Origin: Bacillota bacterium
GTDB lineage: Bacteria > Bacillota > Clostridia > Acetivibrionales > DTU013
Assembly (NCBI GenBank): GCA_023433505.1
Contig: JAEZCO010000015.1
Location: forward strand, 48,896-112,895
Length of the DNA: 64,000 bases
Direction: 5' to 3'
The notes under the pieces are model-generated. The model was not told where the DNA came from, made no database searches, and was given only the letters and a program-made list of their open reading frames with translations. A program made the translations under genes and the position numbers. Shown one piece after another: positions 9,509 to 19,567 of the stretch; position 1 is the stretch's first letter, and the number at the start of each line of letters is the position of its first letter.

Positions 9509-10282
9509 TTGCTGCTAGTTATAAACGTAGGTAATACCAACATTCTCATGGGTGTTTATGAAGAGAAAAAGCTTCTTGCGCATTGGAGGCTGGGAACAGA
9601 TAAAGAGCGTACCGCAGACGAGTTCGGAACGTTTTTTATGGGCTTTTTCAATAATGAAAAAATTGAGGTCGGCCTTATTGAAGCCGTAATCATCGCTTCT
9701 GTGGTCCCTCCCATTATGTATTCCCTGGAGCATGCCATAAGAAAATATCTGAAAAAAGAGCCGATATCGGTAGGCCCCGGCATAAAAACCGGGATAAATA
9801 TCAAATATGAGAATCCCAGGGAGCTGGGTGCCGATAGAATTGTGAATGCCGTAGCCGCTTACGAGATTTATGGCGGGCCTTTGATCGTCGTCGATTTCGG
9901 TACGGCCACCACCTTTAATGCGGTGAATTCCAGAGGTGAATTTTTGGGCGGCGTCATCTGCCCCGGCATCAAGATTTCCGCGGAAGCGTTATACCAAAGG
10001 ACCGCAAAGCTTCCGAGAATTGATCTGGCAAAGCCGGAAAGCACCATCGGCCGGAATACGGCAGTAAGCATACAGGCCGGTATGTTCCATGGCTATGTGG
10101 GACAGGTCAATCACATTGTAAGCCGGATAAAAAAGGAAATGAAGGAAGAAAACATAAAAGTAATAGCAACGGGCGGACTGGCCAGATTTATTGCCAGTGA
10201 AGCCGAATCCATCAATGAAATAAACGGTCTTCTGACATTGGAAGGTCTCAGGATCATATACGACAAGAACAAAAACGAATAG
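9509..10282 (+). CDS. coaX: type III pantothenate kinase
   Basis: N-term LLVINVGNT motif, acetate/sugar kinase fold motifs; TTG start. Confidence 0.85.
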   Translation: MLLVINVGNTNILMGVYEEKKLLAHWRLGTDKERTADEFGTFFMGFFNNEKIEVGLIEAVIIASVVPPIMYSLEHAIRKYLKKEPISVGPGIKTGINIKYENPRELGADRIVNAVAAYEIYGGPLIVVDFGTATTFNAVNSRGEFLGGVICPGIKISAEALYQRTAKLPRIDLAKPESTIGRNTAVSIQAGMFHGYVGQVNHIVSRIKKEMKEENIKVIATGGLARFIASEAESINEINGLLTLEGLRIIYDKNKNE

Positions 10283-10310
10283 CGGGAAAAGAGGAATAAA
10301 AATAGACGCC

Positions 10311-11729
10311 TTGAATGCTCCGTTGTATAATACTCTAAAAGAATATTACGCAAAAGGTACGGTTCCTTTTCACATGCCCGGACACAAGCTGGGAAAAGGA
10401 CTTCCGGAGGAATTCCGAAGCAGTTTGGCCGCTTTTGACGCAACGGAAATTCCCGGCCTGGACAATCTCCACCATTCCACCGGTGTGATAATGCAGGCCC
10501 AGAAAGCCGCCGCAAGGGCATTTGGCGCCGAAAGAACCTTTTTTTTAGTCAACGGGTCCACCTGTGGCATATATGCTATGATCTCATCCATATGCAAGCA
10601 GGGAGACAGCCTTATTGTAGCCCGGGACTGCCATAAATCGGTGATTGCAGGAATGCTGCTGGCAGGAGTCAAACCCGTCTACATACTGCCCGAATTCGAC
10701 AGCCGTTTTGGTATTGCCACTGCTATAACGGCAGAGGAGCTGGAGAAAGCCCTTCTTGCGAATCCGGAGGCGGCAGGAGTACTCCTTACCAGGCCAAGCT
10801 ATTACGGCATTTGCTGCGACATAGAAAAAGCAGCTTCCATCGTACATTCACACAACAAGCTTCTGGCAGTTGACGAGGCTCACGGGGCGCATTTGAAATT
10901 CCACGATGCGCTGCCCATGTGCGCCATGGATGCAGGTGCGGATATATGTGTACAAAGCGCCCATAAAACGCTTCCCGCTTTAACGCAGGGCGCATATCTC
11001 CATGTAAAGTCAGACAGGATCGACATGGAAAAGCTTGAATATTCCCTATCCCTCTATCAAACCTCAAGTCCGTCCTATATCCTTATGGCTTCTCTGGATA
11101 TCGCAAGAGACATGATGGAAAGAGAAGGGCATGCGCTGCTTGAAGGGATTCTGAATTCAATCAAAAAAAGCAAAGCGGACTCTTTTAAAAATGAAGCTTT
11201 TACACTGATTGATCATAATTCTATTGCAAAGTTCAAAACCGATCCCACAAGGATAGCGGTTAACACCGGCGGTGCCGGCCTTACGGGATATAAAGCGGAA
11301 AGAGAGCTTTTGCATACCTATCATTTGCAAGTGGAGATGTCGGATTTGTTTAATATCGTCTGCATAGCCACTGTTGCTGACACGCCGGATACCATATCCT
11401 ATCTTTTTGATTGCCTGGAAAAGCTCTGCTCTTCTTGTACGGGCAGTTTTAATCCCATGGACGGCCTATTGAAGCCCAACACCTTCATCAACAGTCAGCA
11501 AATGGAATTCAGGGAAGTCATTCAGGCAGAATCGGAATGGATTGCCCTGGATAAAGCGGCCGGCAGGATCAGCAAAGGAATCATCGCTCCTTATCCGCCC
11601 GGTATTCCTGCCGTTTGTCCCGGGGAGGTTATTTCCCCCGAGGTAACCGCATATATTTTCAGCATCCTCCGGGCAGGCGGATGTGTTAATGGACTTAAGG
11701 ATAATTTGGAGATTAATGTTATCACTTAA
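10311..11729 (+). CDS. Orn/Lys/Arg decarboxylase family PLP enzyme (B. subtilis YaaO-like)
   Basis: N-term MNAPLYNTLKEYY...FHMPGHK aligns with YaaO MNTPLYKAL...FHVPGH; position upstream of tmk as in Bacillus. Confidence 0.8.
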   Translation: MNAPLYNTLKEYYAKGTVPFHMPGHKLGKGLPEEFRSSLAAFDATEIPGLDNLHHSTGVIMQAQKAAARAFGAERTFFLVNGSTCGIYAMISSICKQGDSLIVARDCHKSVIAGMLLAGVKPVYILPEFDSRFGIATAITAEELEKALLANPEAAGVLLTRPSYYGICCDIEKAASIVHSHNKLLAVDEAHGAHLKFHDALPMCAMDAGADICVQSAHKTLPALTQGAYLHVKSDRIDMEKLEYSLSLYQTSSPSYILMASLDIARDMMEREGHALLEGILNSIKKSKADSFKNEAFTLIDHNSIAKFKTDPTRIAVNTGGAGLTGYKAERELLHTYHLQVEMSDLFNIVCIATVADTPDTISYLFDCLEKLCSSCTGSFNPMDGLLKPNTFINSQQMEFREVIQAESEWIALDKAAGRISKGIIAPYPPGIPAVCPGEVISPEVTAYIFSILRAGGCVNGLKDNLEINVIT

Positions 11730-11797
11730 TGTGGTATACTATATGTAAGGGCTCACAAAAAGAACGGATCGATACTATGCAAAGGGCGTGGCACAAA

Positions 11798-12421
11798 ATG
11801 AAGCGGGGTTTGTTTATCACCATTGAAGGCACGGATGGATCAGGGAAAACTACACAGATGGGGTTGATCAGAGACTATGTCCTGTCTGCAGGGTGCGAGG
11901 TGGTAATGGTCAGAGAGCCCGGAGGGACCAGAGTCAGCGAACAGATAAGAAATGTCATTCTGGACCCTGAATATACCGAAATGAGCTCCAACGCGGAAAT
12001 GCTCCTGTATGCGGCTTCCAGAGCCCAGTTGGTAGCCGAATGCATCAAACCCGCCCTGGAGCAAGGGAAAATAGTGATATGCGACCGTTTCATCGATTCC
12101 ACCTATGCCTATCAGGGGTTTGGCAGGGGGATCGGGCTCGGTGTATTGGAAAGCATAAACAATATTGCAGTCGATGGAATCATGCCCGACATCACCTTTT
12201 TCTTCGATCTGGATCCGGAGCTGGCTCTGGGGCGCAGGATCGCATCGACGGCTACTGATAGGATCGAGAATGAAAAAATGGAGTTTCACCGAAAAGTGTA
12301 TGACGGTTATGTCCAACTGGCGCTGAAATATCCCGGAAGGATAAGAAAAATTGACAGCAGCCGGTCGGTTGAGGCAATATGGAAGGATGTAAAGCAGTTG
12401 CTTGATAATATCATCCGATGA
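11798..12421 (+). CDS. tmk: thymidylate kinase
   Basis: MKRGLFITIEGTDGSGKTT P-loop; ORF track starts 23 codons earlier (11729), true start uncertain. Confidence 0.85.
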   Translation: MKRGLFITIEGTDGSGKTTQMGLIRDYVLSAGCEVVMVREPGGTRVSEQIRNVILDPEYTEMSSNAEMLLYAASRAQLVAECIKPALEQGKIVICDRFIDSTYAYQGFGRGIGLGVLESINNIAVDGIMPDITFFFDLDPELALGRRIASTATDRIENEKMEFHRKVYDGYVQLALKYPGRIRKIDSSRSVEAIWKDVKQLLDNIIR

Positions 12422-12463
12422 CATTATGAAAGCGACAATATGATAATGGGGGAGGTTATTGGT

Positions 12464-12793
12464 ATGAAACTTGTATTTGCTATCGTCCATGACGAGGACG
12501 GCCCAAAGGTAATGGAAGAGTTGAACAAAGGCGGGTTCAGTGTTACAAAGCTTTGCTCCACCGGAGGTTTTCTCAAATCGGGGAATACCACATTGCTGGT
12601 TGGTGTGGAAGAAGGCAGTCTTGAGTCGGTGCTTGACATTATCAAGAAAAAGTCCAAAAGCAGGAAGCAGGTCATCAACTCATCCATGACGCCCAACGGT
12701 ATGGGCGGCATGTTTATACCCTACCCGGTGGAAGTTGTTGTAGGCGGCGCCACTATTTTTGTACTGGATGTGGAGCGCTTTGAGAAGGTGTAG
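12464..12793 (+). CDS. darA: cyclic-di-AMP receptor, PII-like (YaaQ/DarA)
   Basis: MKLVFAIVHDED...GGFSVTKL...GGF signature of DarA/PstA; GGGGAGG RBS. Confidence 0.75.
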   Translation: MKLVFAIVHDEDGPKVMEELNKGGFSVTKLCSTGGFLKSGNTTLLVGVEEGSLESVLDIIKKKSKSRKQVINSSMTPNGMGGMFIPYPVEVVVGGATIFVLDVERFEKV

Positions 12794-12836
12794 CAAGATC
12801 CTGCAGCTGATTCCTGTGGTTTTAGGGAGGTAGTGC

Positions 12837-13289
12837 TTGAAGATCATTGATCTGGAGAAAAACCCTTCAGGTGTTCCCAATCTGCCTTTGAAAGGCGCTA
12901 AAAAAGTATCGGCCGGGAAAGAGACGGATTTCCGCAGCCAGTTGGACAGGGCGGAGGGAAACAGTTACGAGCAGCACCTGGAGGCCCTGGTGGATGAAAT
13001 CATCAAACAGGGAGAAAAATTGAGCAAAAAAGTAGATGTGAAGGAATTCAGGGCGTATAAGAATTTAATCTCTGAATTTCTTGACAGTACTTTGGGGAAA
13101 TCCTTGAAATTTTCCAAGCGCAGCCTCCTGGACAGGAAGGGCAGACATAAGGTTTATGCGCTTATCCGGAGGATTAATGAAGAAGTGGATAAGCTGGCGC
13201 GCGATGTAATGGATGGCGAAAGGGACAATATAAGCCTGCTGAAAAGGATGGACGACATCCGGGGCTTGATATTGGATATGATCCTTTAA
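12837..13289 (+). CDS. yaaR: YaaR family protein (DUF327)
   Basis: 150 aa; position between darA and holB as in B. subtilis; TTG start with AGGGAGG RBS. Confidence 0.65.
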   Translation: MKIIDLEKNPSGVPNLPLKGAKKVSAGKETDFRSQLDRAEGNSYEQHLEALVDEIIKQGEKLSKKVDVKEFRAYKNLISEFLDSTLGKSLKFSKRSLLDRKGRHKVYALIRRINEEVDKLARDVMDGERDNISLLKRMDDIRGLILDMIL

Positions 13290-13331
13290 GGAGCGGGGCA
13301 CACCCGTCCTTATAAAAAGTTTGGAGACAGT

Positions 13332-14315
13332 ATGGGATTTGATATAATTGTGGGGCAGGAGGAAGTAATCCGGACTCTGGAGAATGCCCTTAAAAATGAT
13401 AGAATCGGGCATGCCTGTATTTTCAGCGGTCCGGCAGGCATCGGCAAAAGAACGGTGGCCGGCATATATGCCGAGATGTTGATTTGCGATGCGCCGGAGC
13501 TCTCAAACCCCTGTGGCAGATGCCAGGCCTGCAGGCTTTTTGCCAGCGGGGCAAACCCTGACTTTCGCCGGATAAAGGCGGAAGGCGCAAGCATCGGCGT
13601 CGATGAAATAAGGGAAATTCAGGGCAGCGTAGCCATCAAGCCTCTGTATTCAAAACGCAAGGTATATATTATTGAAGATGCCGACAATATGACTGTGCAG
13701 GCCCAGAATTGTCTTTTGAAAACCCTGGAGGAACCGCCGTCTTATGTAGTGCTTATCCTGACGGCGTCCAACTATGAATCGCTGCTGGAAACCATCCGTT
13801 CCAGGGCCCAGCGTCTGAGCTTCAAAAAAAATACCCATGCCCAGGTCAGGCAACTCCTGGCGGACCGCTATGGAAGCGAAGCCAGAGGCATGGAATTCGC
13901 CGCTGCATATGCGGACGGTATCATCGGCACTGCGCTTGAGCTGGTAGGGACGGAGGAATTTACCGGCTTAAGGGAGAGGACCTTTGACATCGCAAGCGGG
14001 ATAAAGAAGAAAGGCATGTCCGGCGTTTTTTCCGTATATAGCTTTTTTGAAGACAACAAAGAGGATTTTGATGTGATTCTGGATATGATGGTTACCTTTT
14101 ATAGGGATATGCTGGTTGCAAAAGAGACAGGCAATGAAAAAATATTGATTAATTCAGATAAAAGGGATATGATATTTAATAATACGCTGAAATATACGCC
14201 TCAACAGCTTGTGGCAGGCATAGAGCAAATTGAGGCCGCCAGAAGGGCTGTAAAACAGAATGCCAATTATCAGCTGGCAGTTGAGCATATGCTTATTAAG
14301 CTTCAGGAGGAATAG
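13332..14315 (+). CDS. holB: DNA polymerase III delta-prime subunit
   Basis: AAA+ clamp-loader motifs (GPAGIGK Walker A, CGRCQAC zinc module, SRAQ sensor). Confidence 0.8.
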   Translation: MGFDIIVGQEEVIRTLENALKNDRIGHACIFSGPAGIGKRTVAGIYAEMLICDAPELSNPCGRCQACRLFASGANPDFRRIKAEGASIGVDEIREIQGSVAIKPLYSKRKVYIIEDADNMTVQAQNCLLKTLEEPPSYVVLILTASNYESLLETIRSRAQRLSFKKNTHAQVRQLLADRYGSEARGMEFAAAYADGIIGTALELVGTEEFTGLRERTFDIASGIKKKGMSGVFSVYSFFEDNKEDFDVILDMMVTFYRDMLVAKETGNEKILINSDKRDMIFNNTLKYTPQQLVAGIEQIEAARRAVKQNANYQLAVEHMLIKLQEE

Positions 14316-14320
14316 ATTCC

Positions 14321-15190
14321 ATGGTAAAGGTGGTTGGTGTCAGGTTTAAAAAAGCGGGGAAAGTTTACTATTTTGATCCTGACGTTTTTGATATAAATTC
14401 GGGCATGAATGTAATCGTTGAGACTGCAAGAGGAATTGAGTTCGGCGAAGCGGTGATCTCCAACAGGGAAGTGCCTGAGACTGAGATCGTAGCTCCTCTT
14501 AAGAAGGTCATGAGGATCGCTTCGGAAGAGGACATAAGGCATGCGGACGAAAACAGTAAAAAGGAAAAGGAAGCTTTTGCCACCTGCCTTCAGAAAATTA
14601 AAGACCACAATCTGGAAATGAAGCTGATTGATGTGGAAATTACCTTTGACAACAATAAGATCCTGTTTTATTTTACGGCAGACGGACGTGTTGATTTCAG
14701 AGAACTGGTAAAGGACCTTGCCGCAGTATTCAAAACAAGGATAGAGCTGAGGCAGATCGGCGTCCGGGATGAATCGAAAATGATGGGCGGCATCGGGGTT
14801 TGCGGAAGAGTTCTTTGCTGCAGCTCCTATCTTGGGGAATTTCAGCCCGTATCCATTAAAATGGCAAAAGAACAGGGGCTTTCCCTGAATCCGACAAAAA
14901 TTTCCGGTACCTGCGGCAGATTAATGTGCTGTTTAAAGTATGAACAGGATGCTTATGAGCAAATAATAAAGAGGGCCCCAAAAATGGGTGCGATTGTAGA
15001 GACGCCGGACGGCCAGGGGGTTGTAATGAACACAAGCCTGCTGAAGGAGACCCTCAAGGTCAAGCTTGATAAGGGAAATGAAACCGACCTCCGGGTTTAC
15101 AAGGTGGATGAGGTGAGGGTCATAAAGGACGTTACGGTCCGGGATGAGTCGGATCTCGACTTTGAAGCCCTCAAGGAGCTGGAGGACTAA
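14321..15190 (+). CDS. ricT: PSP1-domain stage 0 sporulation protein RicT/YaaT
   Basis: MVKVVGVRFKKAGKVYYFD N-term and PSP1 C-terminal Cys cluster; synteny with holB. Confidence 0.8.
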   Translation: MVKVVGVRFKKAGKVYYFDPDVFDINSGMNVIVETARGIEFGEAVISNREVPETEIVAPLKKVMRIASEEDIRHADENSKKEKEAFATCLQKIKDHNLEMKLIDVEITFDNNKILFYFTADGRVDFRELVKDLAAVFKTRIELRQIGVRDESKMMGGIGVCGRVLCCSSYLGEFQPVSIKMAKEQGLSLNPTKISGTCGRLMCCLKYEQDAYEQIIKRAPKMGAIVETPDGQGVVMNTSLLKETLKVKLDKGNETDLRVYKVDEVRVIKDVTVRDESDLDFEALKELED

Positions 15191-15275
15191 TTGCGGTATT
15201 TATTTAAAAAACAGTTTTCATAATGTATTTTTGGTGGTAAAATAAAAAAGGTTTAATAATAGACAAATTCTTTGA

Positions 15276-15461
<186 letters not shown>

Positions 15462-15495
15462 AGATAGGACTCCAGGCATGATAACGACCTGATTT

Positions 15496-15532
15496 AAAAT
15501 TAATTTTTTCGTTTGTAGAAAAAATTAATTTT
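15496..15532. terminator. perfect 14-bp A/T-only palindrome (AAAATTAATTTTTT-9nt-AAAAAATTAATTTT)
   Basis: seen directly downstream of ferredoxin stop; could be a weak terminator or a protein-binding palindrome. Confidence 0.3.
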
Positions 15533-15534
15533 AT

Positions 15535-15698
15535 CCGCGGAGGTTCAACGAGGCTGTCCGCAAATGCCCTGCATTTGCTGCTTGCCATGAATCCCAGGCG
15601 GGAGCTTTGTTTACCGCCTGAAAACCGATTCGGTACCCTCCACTGACAGAGGTGGGGGAATTGCTTTGATGCCGCGTTATAATTTACATGATAAAAAA
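15535..15698 (+). ncRNA. candidate structured leader / small RNA upstream of yabB (unclassified)
   Basis: at least 4 compatible stems (GCAAATG/CATTTGC; CAGGCGG/CCGCCUG; CCCUCCAC/GUGGGGG; CCGCGG/CCGCG), ends in a strong intrinsic terminator; no coding potential. Confidence 0.3.
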
Positions 15699-15726
15699 AG
15701 TTCCGGGGATCACCCGGAACTTTTTG
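15699..15726. terminator. intrinsic terminator (9-bp stem AGTTCCGGG/CCCGGAACT, loop GATCA, T5)
   Basis: perfect GC-rich hairpin flanked by A7 upstream and T5 downstream (bidirectional). Confidence 0.65.
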
Positions 15727-15802
15727 TCTACTACTGCAGCGGCAGGGTTTGTTGTCCTACTGCAGTACGGACCAATTCCAACGACAGGTGGTTTCACCGG
15801 CT

Positions 15803-16552
15803 ATGGACATTTTGGAAAATGAAAGAATTGATGACCTGCAATATAAAGGCTTGAAGCTGATTCAAAAAAAGGACGGATTCTGCTTCGGCGTCGACGCTGT
15901 GCTGCTTGCAAATTTTGCCGATATCAGAAAAAATGATAAAGTGTTGGATATAGGCACGGGTACGGGCATCATAGCCGTATTGACAGCTGCAAAAACCCAG
16001 GCTTCCTCCGTCACAGGACTTGAGATCCAGCCTGAAATGTCCGAAATGGCGGAACGCAGTGTTAAATTGAACGGACTGGAAAGCCGCCTGAATATCGTAT
16101 GCGGCGATATAAAAAATGCATTGCAACTCTTTGGAAAGGCCAGATTCGACGCCATTGTGACCAATCCTCCATACATAAACAAAGGAGGGGGACTGCTAAA
16201 CCCCTCGGATACAATGGCTGTTTCGAGGCATGAATTGCTGTGCACGCTGGAGGATGTTATCGGTATCAGCAGCAGGCTGCTGGTGCCAGGCGGCAGGTTC
16301 GCCATGGTGCACAGGCCGGAAAGGCTTGCCGATATTATTTTCCTGATGCGCAGCAATGGAGTGGAGCCGAAATATCTAAGGCTGGTGCATCCTTCGCCAT
16401 ACAAGAAGCCCAACATGGTGCTGATCCGGGGCATGAGAGGCGGGAAACCCCAGCTGAAGGTTCTGGAGCCTCTTTACGTTTATGATGAGACCGGCAGCTA
16501 TTCAAAGGAAATCAATGAAATTTACTGTAGAGGAGAGGTGGTCGAAGCTTGA
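15803..16552 (+). CDS. yabB: SAM-dependent methyltransferase, tRNA1(Val) (adenine37-N6)-MTase-like (YabB)
   Basis: DIGTGTG SAM motif I and NPPY motif IV; aligns to B. subtilis YabB; ORF track start 15749 (TTG) lacks RBS, ATG 15803 has AGGTGG. Confidence 0.75.
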   Translation: MDILENERIDDLQYKGLKLIQKKDGFCFGVDAVLLANFADIRKNDKVLDIGTGTGIIAVLTAAKTQASSVTGLEIQPEMSEMAERSVKLNGLESRLNIVCGDIKNALQLFGKARFDAIVTNPPYINKGGGLLNPSDTMAVSRHELLCTLEDVIGISSRLLVPGGRFAMVHRPERLADIIFLMRSNGVEPKYLRLVHPSPYKKPNMVLIRGMRGGKPQLKVLEPLYVYDETGSYSKEINEIYCRGEVVEA

Positions 16553-17397
16553 CGGGTTCAGGGACTTTATATCTGGTGGCTACGCCTATAGGAAATCTTG
16601 AAGATATTACAATGAGAGCTTTAAGGACACTTCGGGAAGTAGATCTGATTGCAGCGGAAGATACCCGCCAGACGCTGAAGCTGCTTAATCATTTTGAAAT
16701 AAAAAAGCCCATGGTCAGTTATTATGAACATAACAAGCTGGAAAAGGGTGGTGTTCTGATAGGACAGCTGTTGGAAGGCAAGAACATTGCCCTTGTTTCC
16801 GATGCAGGATCGCCGGGAATCTCCGACCCCGGAGAGGAGCTGGTCAAACTGGCTGTCGAGCATGGAATCACTGTAACCATGGCTCCCGGTCCCGCTGCGG
16901 CCGTCATGGGTCTGGTCCTGTCAGGATTGCCCTGCGCAAGATTTGTCTTTGAAGGGTTTTTGTCGGTGAATAAAAAAAGCCGAATCCTGCGGCTGAATTC
17001 CCTAAAGGAAGAAACAAGGACAATGGTGTTTTATGAAGCCCCCCACAAGCTGGTAAACACATTAAAAGACATGCGTACGGTTCTGGGGAACAGGCGTATA
17101 GCTCTTGCCAGGGAACTTACCAAGAAATTCGAGGAGATTGTACGGTGTACGCTGGAGGAAGCGCTGGCCAGGTATGAAACGGAAGCCCCAAGGGGGGAGT
17201 ATGTCCTGGTGGTAGAGGGCATGGATGAATCCTCAGCGGCCGAAGAGGTCCGAAAAAAATGGGACGAAATGACCTTGCAGGAGCATCTGGAATTGTATAT
17301 GCAGTCGGGAATGGATAAAAAGCAGGCGATGAAAAAGGTGGCGGATGACCGCGGGCTGAGTAAAAGAGACATTTACAATGCCCTTCTGAACGAATAA
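16549..17397 (+). CDS. rsmI: 16S rRNA (cytidine1402-2'-O)-methyltransferase
   Basis: LYLVATPIGNLEDIT tetrapyrrole-methylase-like N-term; start overlaps yabB stop. Confidence 0.85.
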   Translation: MTGSGTLYLVATPIGNLEDITMRALRTLREVDLIAAEDTRQTLKLLNHFEIKKPMVSYYEHNKLEKGGVLIGQLLEGKNIALVSDAGSPGISDPGEELVKLAVEHGITVTMAPGPAAAVMGLVLSGLPCARFVFEGFLSVNKKSRILRLNSLKEETRTMVFYEAPHKLVNTLKDMRTVLGNRRIALARELTKKFEEIVRCTLEEALARYETEAPRGEYVLVVEGMDESSAAEEVRKKWDEMTLQEHLELYMQSGMDKKQAMKKVADDRGLSKRDIYNALLNE

Positions 17398-17400
17398 TTC

Positions 17401-17438
17401 CAAAAAAAATAAAGGGCAGATGCCCTTTATTTGCTCTT
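17401..17438. terminator. bidirectional terminator between rsmI and abrB
   Basis: AAAGGGCA ga TGCCCTTT hairpin with A8 upstream and T-rich downstream. Confidence 0.55.
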
Positions 17439-17447
17439 TGTCTAAGA

Positions 17448-17687
17448 TTATTTCTTAAGTTCCTTCATACAGTTGGGGCAGATGTTCTTGCCTTTGTAAA
17501 CTGCAACGTCCTTGGCATCTCCGCAGAAGATACATGCCGGCTCATACTTCTTGAGGATGATGGTAGCTCCGTCAACATAAATTTCAAGAGCATCTTTTTC
17601 TGCGATATCCAGTGTCCTTCTTAATTCTATTGGAAGAACTACCCTTCCGAGTTCGTCAACCTTTCTGACTATGCCTGTAGATTTCAT
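17448..17687 (-). CDS. abrB: AbrB-family transition-state regulator with C-terminal Cys4 extension
   Basis: MKSTGIVRKVDELGRVVLPIELRRTL swapped-hairpin motif; ATG at 17687 with AGGAGG RBS (ORF track extends 20 codons further); C-term CxxC...CxxC. Confidence 0.8.
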   Translation of the reverse strand: MKSTGIVRKVDELGRVVLPIELRRTLDIAEKDALEIYVDGATIILKKYEPACIFCGDAKDVAVYKGKNICPNCMKELKK

Positions 17688-17975
17688 AAATTTTAGCCTC
17701 CTAAGATAAACAAATTTCGACAATCTTTTCTTTTTTAATAATACCATAAATTCCAGTAATCGTCAACAATAAACTTTAAAAAATTCAAAAAAATGTTATG
17801 GTATTCCTGTTAAAATTTAACACGGACGAATGTTAAAGCCTACTCCAGACCGCTGTTTATACCTGCTGTAAAACCCGCAAATCTTAGATACATGCATTAT
17901 GCGATACGCGTAACAAAAAAATGTAGTGGGATATCCAAATTTTTACTGGAAATTTTGCAAGAACAAGCGACTTAA

Positions 17976-17982
17976 TTCGACA
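17976..17982 (-). promoter_or_regulatory. Spo0A-box (TGTCGAA on the abrB strand) in abrB upstream region
   Basis: perfect 7-mer about 290 nt upstream of abrB ATG; a second 6/7 copy (TGTCGTA) at 18019-18025. Confidence 0.35.
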
Positions 17983-18358
17983 GCGAAACCATGACAAAAA
18001 TCGATATGTACAGGGATTTACGACAAAATTTCGCGGGGTAAAGAATTTCCTTTTTAACGTACAAATACAGCGAAAATTTATCTTCCCATAGGATGATTAG
18101 AAAAGGCATTTTATTTAATATGTTTTATGTGCGGATGCAGCGGGCGGTCACCGTGCCACCCCGCCCAGAATTTGATAATGTCTGGGAAAGGCGGGCATGG
18201 AAACCTGCCCCTACAGCATACCTGAATCCGTTTCCACGGTATTTCGCAAAGTAATATTATCTATGCAAGAATTCAGTAAGTCCCACATATAAATAGATAA
18301 TGGTTTTGAGCAATGCTGCGGCGCAATAATACGTTTTTAAGCCGCGTACAACGGCGGA

Positions 18359-19009
18359 ATGGGGATGAATATGTTGAATTACATATGGTCGGGAATGCTT
18401 GTCATCGGGTTTATTTTCGGAATCATCAACGGAAGGATGTCAGAGGTTACCAAGGCGGCTGTCGAATCCGCGGGAAAAGCCATTGAGCTTGCAATTGCGC
18501 TCCTTGGGATCATGTGTTTGTGGACGGGACTCATGGCAATCGCAGAGAAAAGCGGCGGCATCCGGATTATTTCCAGGATTTTTCGTCCCCTGCTGAAGCT
18601 GCTGTTCCCCGGAATACCCAAAAATCATCCGGCCATGGGGGCGGTTGTCATGAATCTTTCCGCCAACTTTCTGGGACTAGGCAACGCGGCTACACCCCTG
18701 GGCCTGAAAGCCATGAATGAGCTTCAAAAGCTGAATCCCGACAAAAGCCGCGCTACAGACGCCATGTGTATGTTTCTTGTGCTGAATACGGCGGCAGTTC
18801 AGCTGATTCCTTCCACTGTCATTGCCATCAGGACGGATGCCGGCTCCTCAAGCCCTGTGGAAATTATCACAACCGTATGGATCGCTTCCATCTGCGCAAC
18901 CCTGGCGGGGATTATTGCAGTCAAGATTTTTACCGGAACCGGGAAAATACACAGGAAGCACGAAAGAGGACACACCCTCAGGGAGAAAAAATATAGGATA
19001 GGTGCATAA
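18359..19009 (+). CDS. spmA: spore maturation protein A (nucleoside-recognition domain membrane protein)
   Basis: similar to B. subtilis SpmA N-term (xxWIWxGL...); start could be 18359/18365/18371. Confidence 0.75.
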   Translation: MGMNMLNYIWSGMLVIGFIFGIINGRMSEVTKAAVESAGKAIELAIALLGIMCLWTGLMAIAEKSGGIRIISRIFRPLLKLLFPGIPKNHPAMGAVVMNLSANFLGLGNAATPLGLKAMNELQKLNPDKSRATDAMCMFLVLNTAAVQLIPSTVIAIRTDAGSSSPVEIITTVWIASICATLAGIIAVKIFTGTGKIHRKHERGHTLREKKYRIGA

Positions 19010-19544
19010 CGTGGAAAAACTTGGCGCAATCTCCGGCTATGCCATTCCGGTGATATTTTTATTAATCTTGGTTTTCGGGCTGTATAAGGATGTTAAAGTC
19101 TATGATATTTTTATAGAGGGTGCAAAGGAAGGCATCACCACTGTGATCCGGATTATTCCTACCCTTGTGGGCCTAATGGTTGCAGTTGGGGTGTTTAAAG
19201 CCTCCGGAGCCCTGGAGCTCCTTGTTCAGGCCTTTATGCCGGTGGCTTCCCTGCTTGGCATACCTCCCGAAACCATGCCCCTGGCTCTTATGCGCCCCGT
19301 ATCCGGAAGTGCCTCCCTTGCGCTGGTTGCCGAATTGATCCGGACCTATGGTCCGGATACCTTCATCGGAAGAACGGCTTCCACCATGATGGGTTCCACG
19401 GAAACGATTTTTTACACCCTTGCGGTCTATTTCGGTTCCGTAGGCATTAAAAATATCCGATTCACGCTGGCTGCCGCATTGTTTGCAGATCTGGTAAGCG
19501 TAACCGCTTCCGCCTGGGCCTGCACCATGATCTTCGGGAGGTAG
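19002..19544 (+). CDS. spmB: spore maturation protein B
   Basis: paired with spmA, overlapping start; polytopic membrane protein. Confidence 0.75.
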   Translation: MHNVEKLGAISGYAIPVIFLLILVFGLYKDVKVYDIFIEGAKEGITTVIRIIPTLVGLMVAVGVFKASGALELLVQAFMPVASLLGIPPETMPLALMRPVSGSASLALVAELIRTYGPDTFIGRTASTMMGSTETIFYTLAVYFGSVGIKNIRFTLAAALFADLVSVTASAWACTMIFGR

Positions 19545-19567
19545 CTTCAAGTACTGGTGCAAATAGA

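Noticed and set aside
11840-12490. 216-aa minus-strand ORF
   Set aside because: Fully antisense to tmk, which has strong homology support. Typical shadow ORF.
15590-15660. Possible SRP (4.5S/scRNA) gene because of a UGUUUACC-like segment
   Set aside because: Lacks the conserved domain IV GGAAGGAAGCAGC / tetraloop context; only a 7-nt coincidence.
15535-15700. T-box leader (GGTACC... segment)
   Set aside because: No AAUUAGGGUGGNACCGCG T-box sequence, no specifier/antiterminator arrangement, and the downstream gene is not an aaRS or amino-acid gene.
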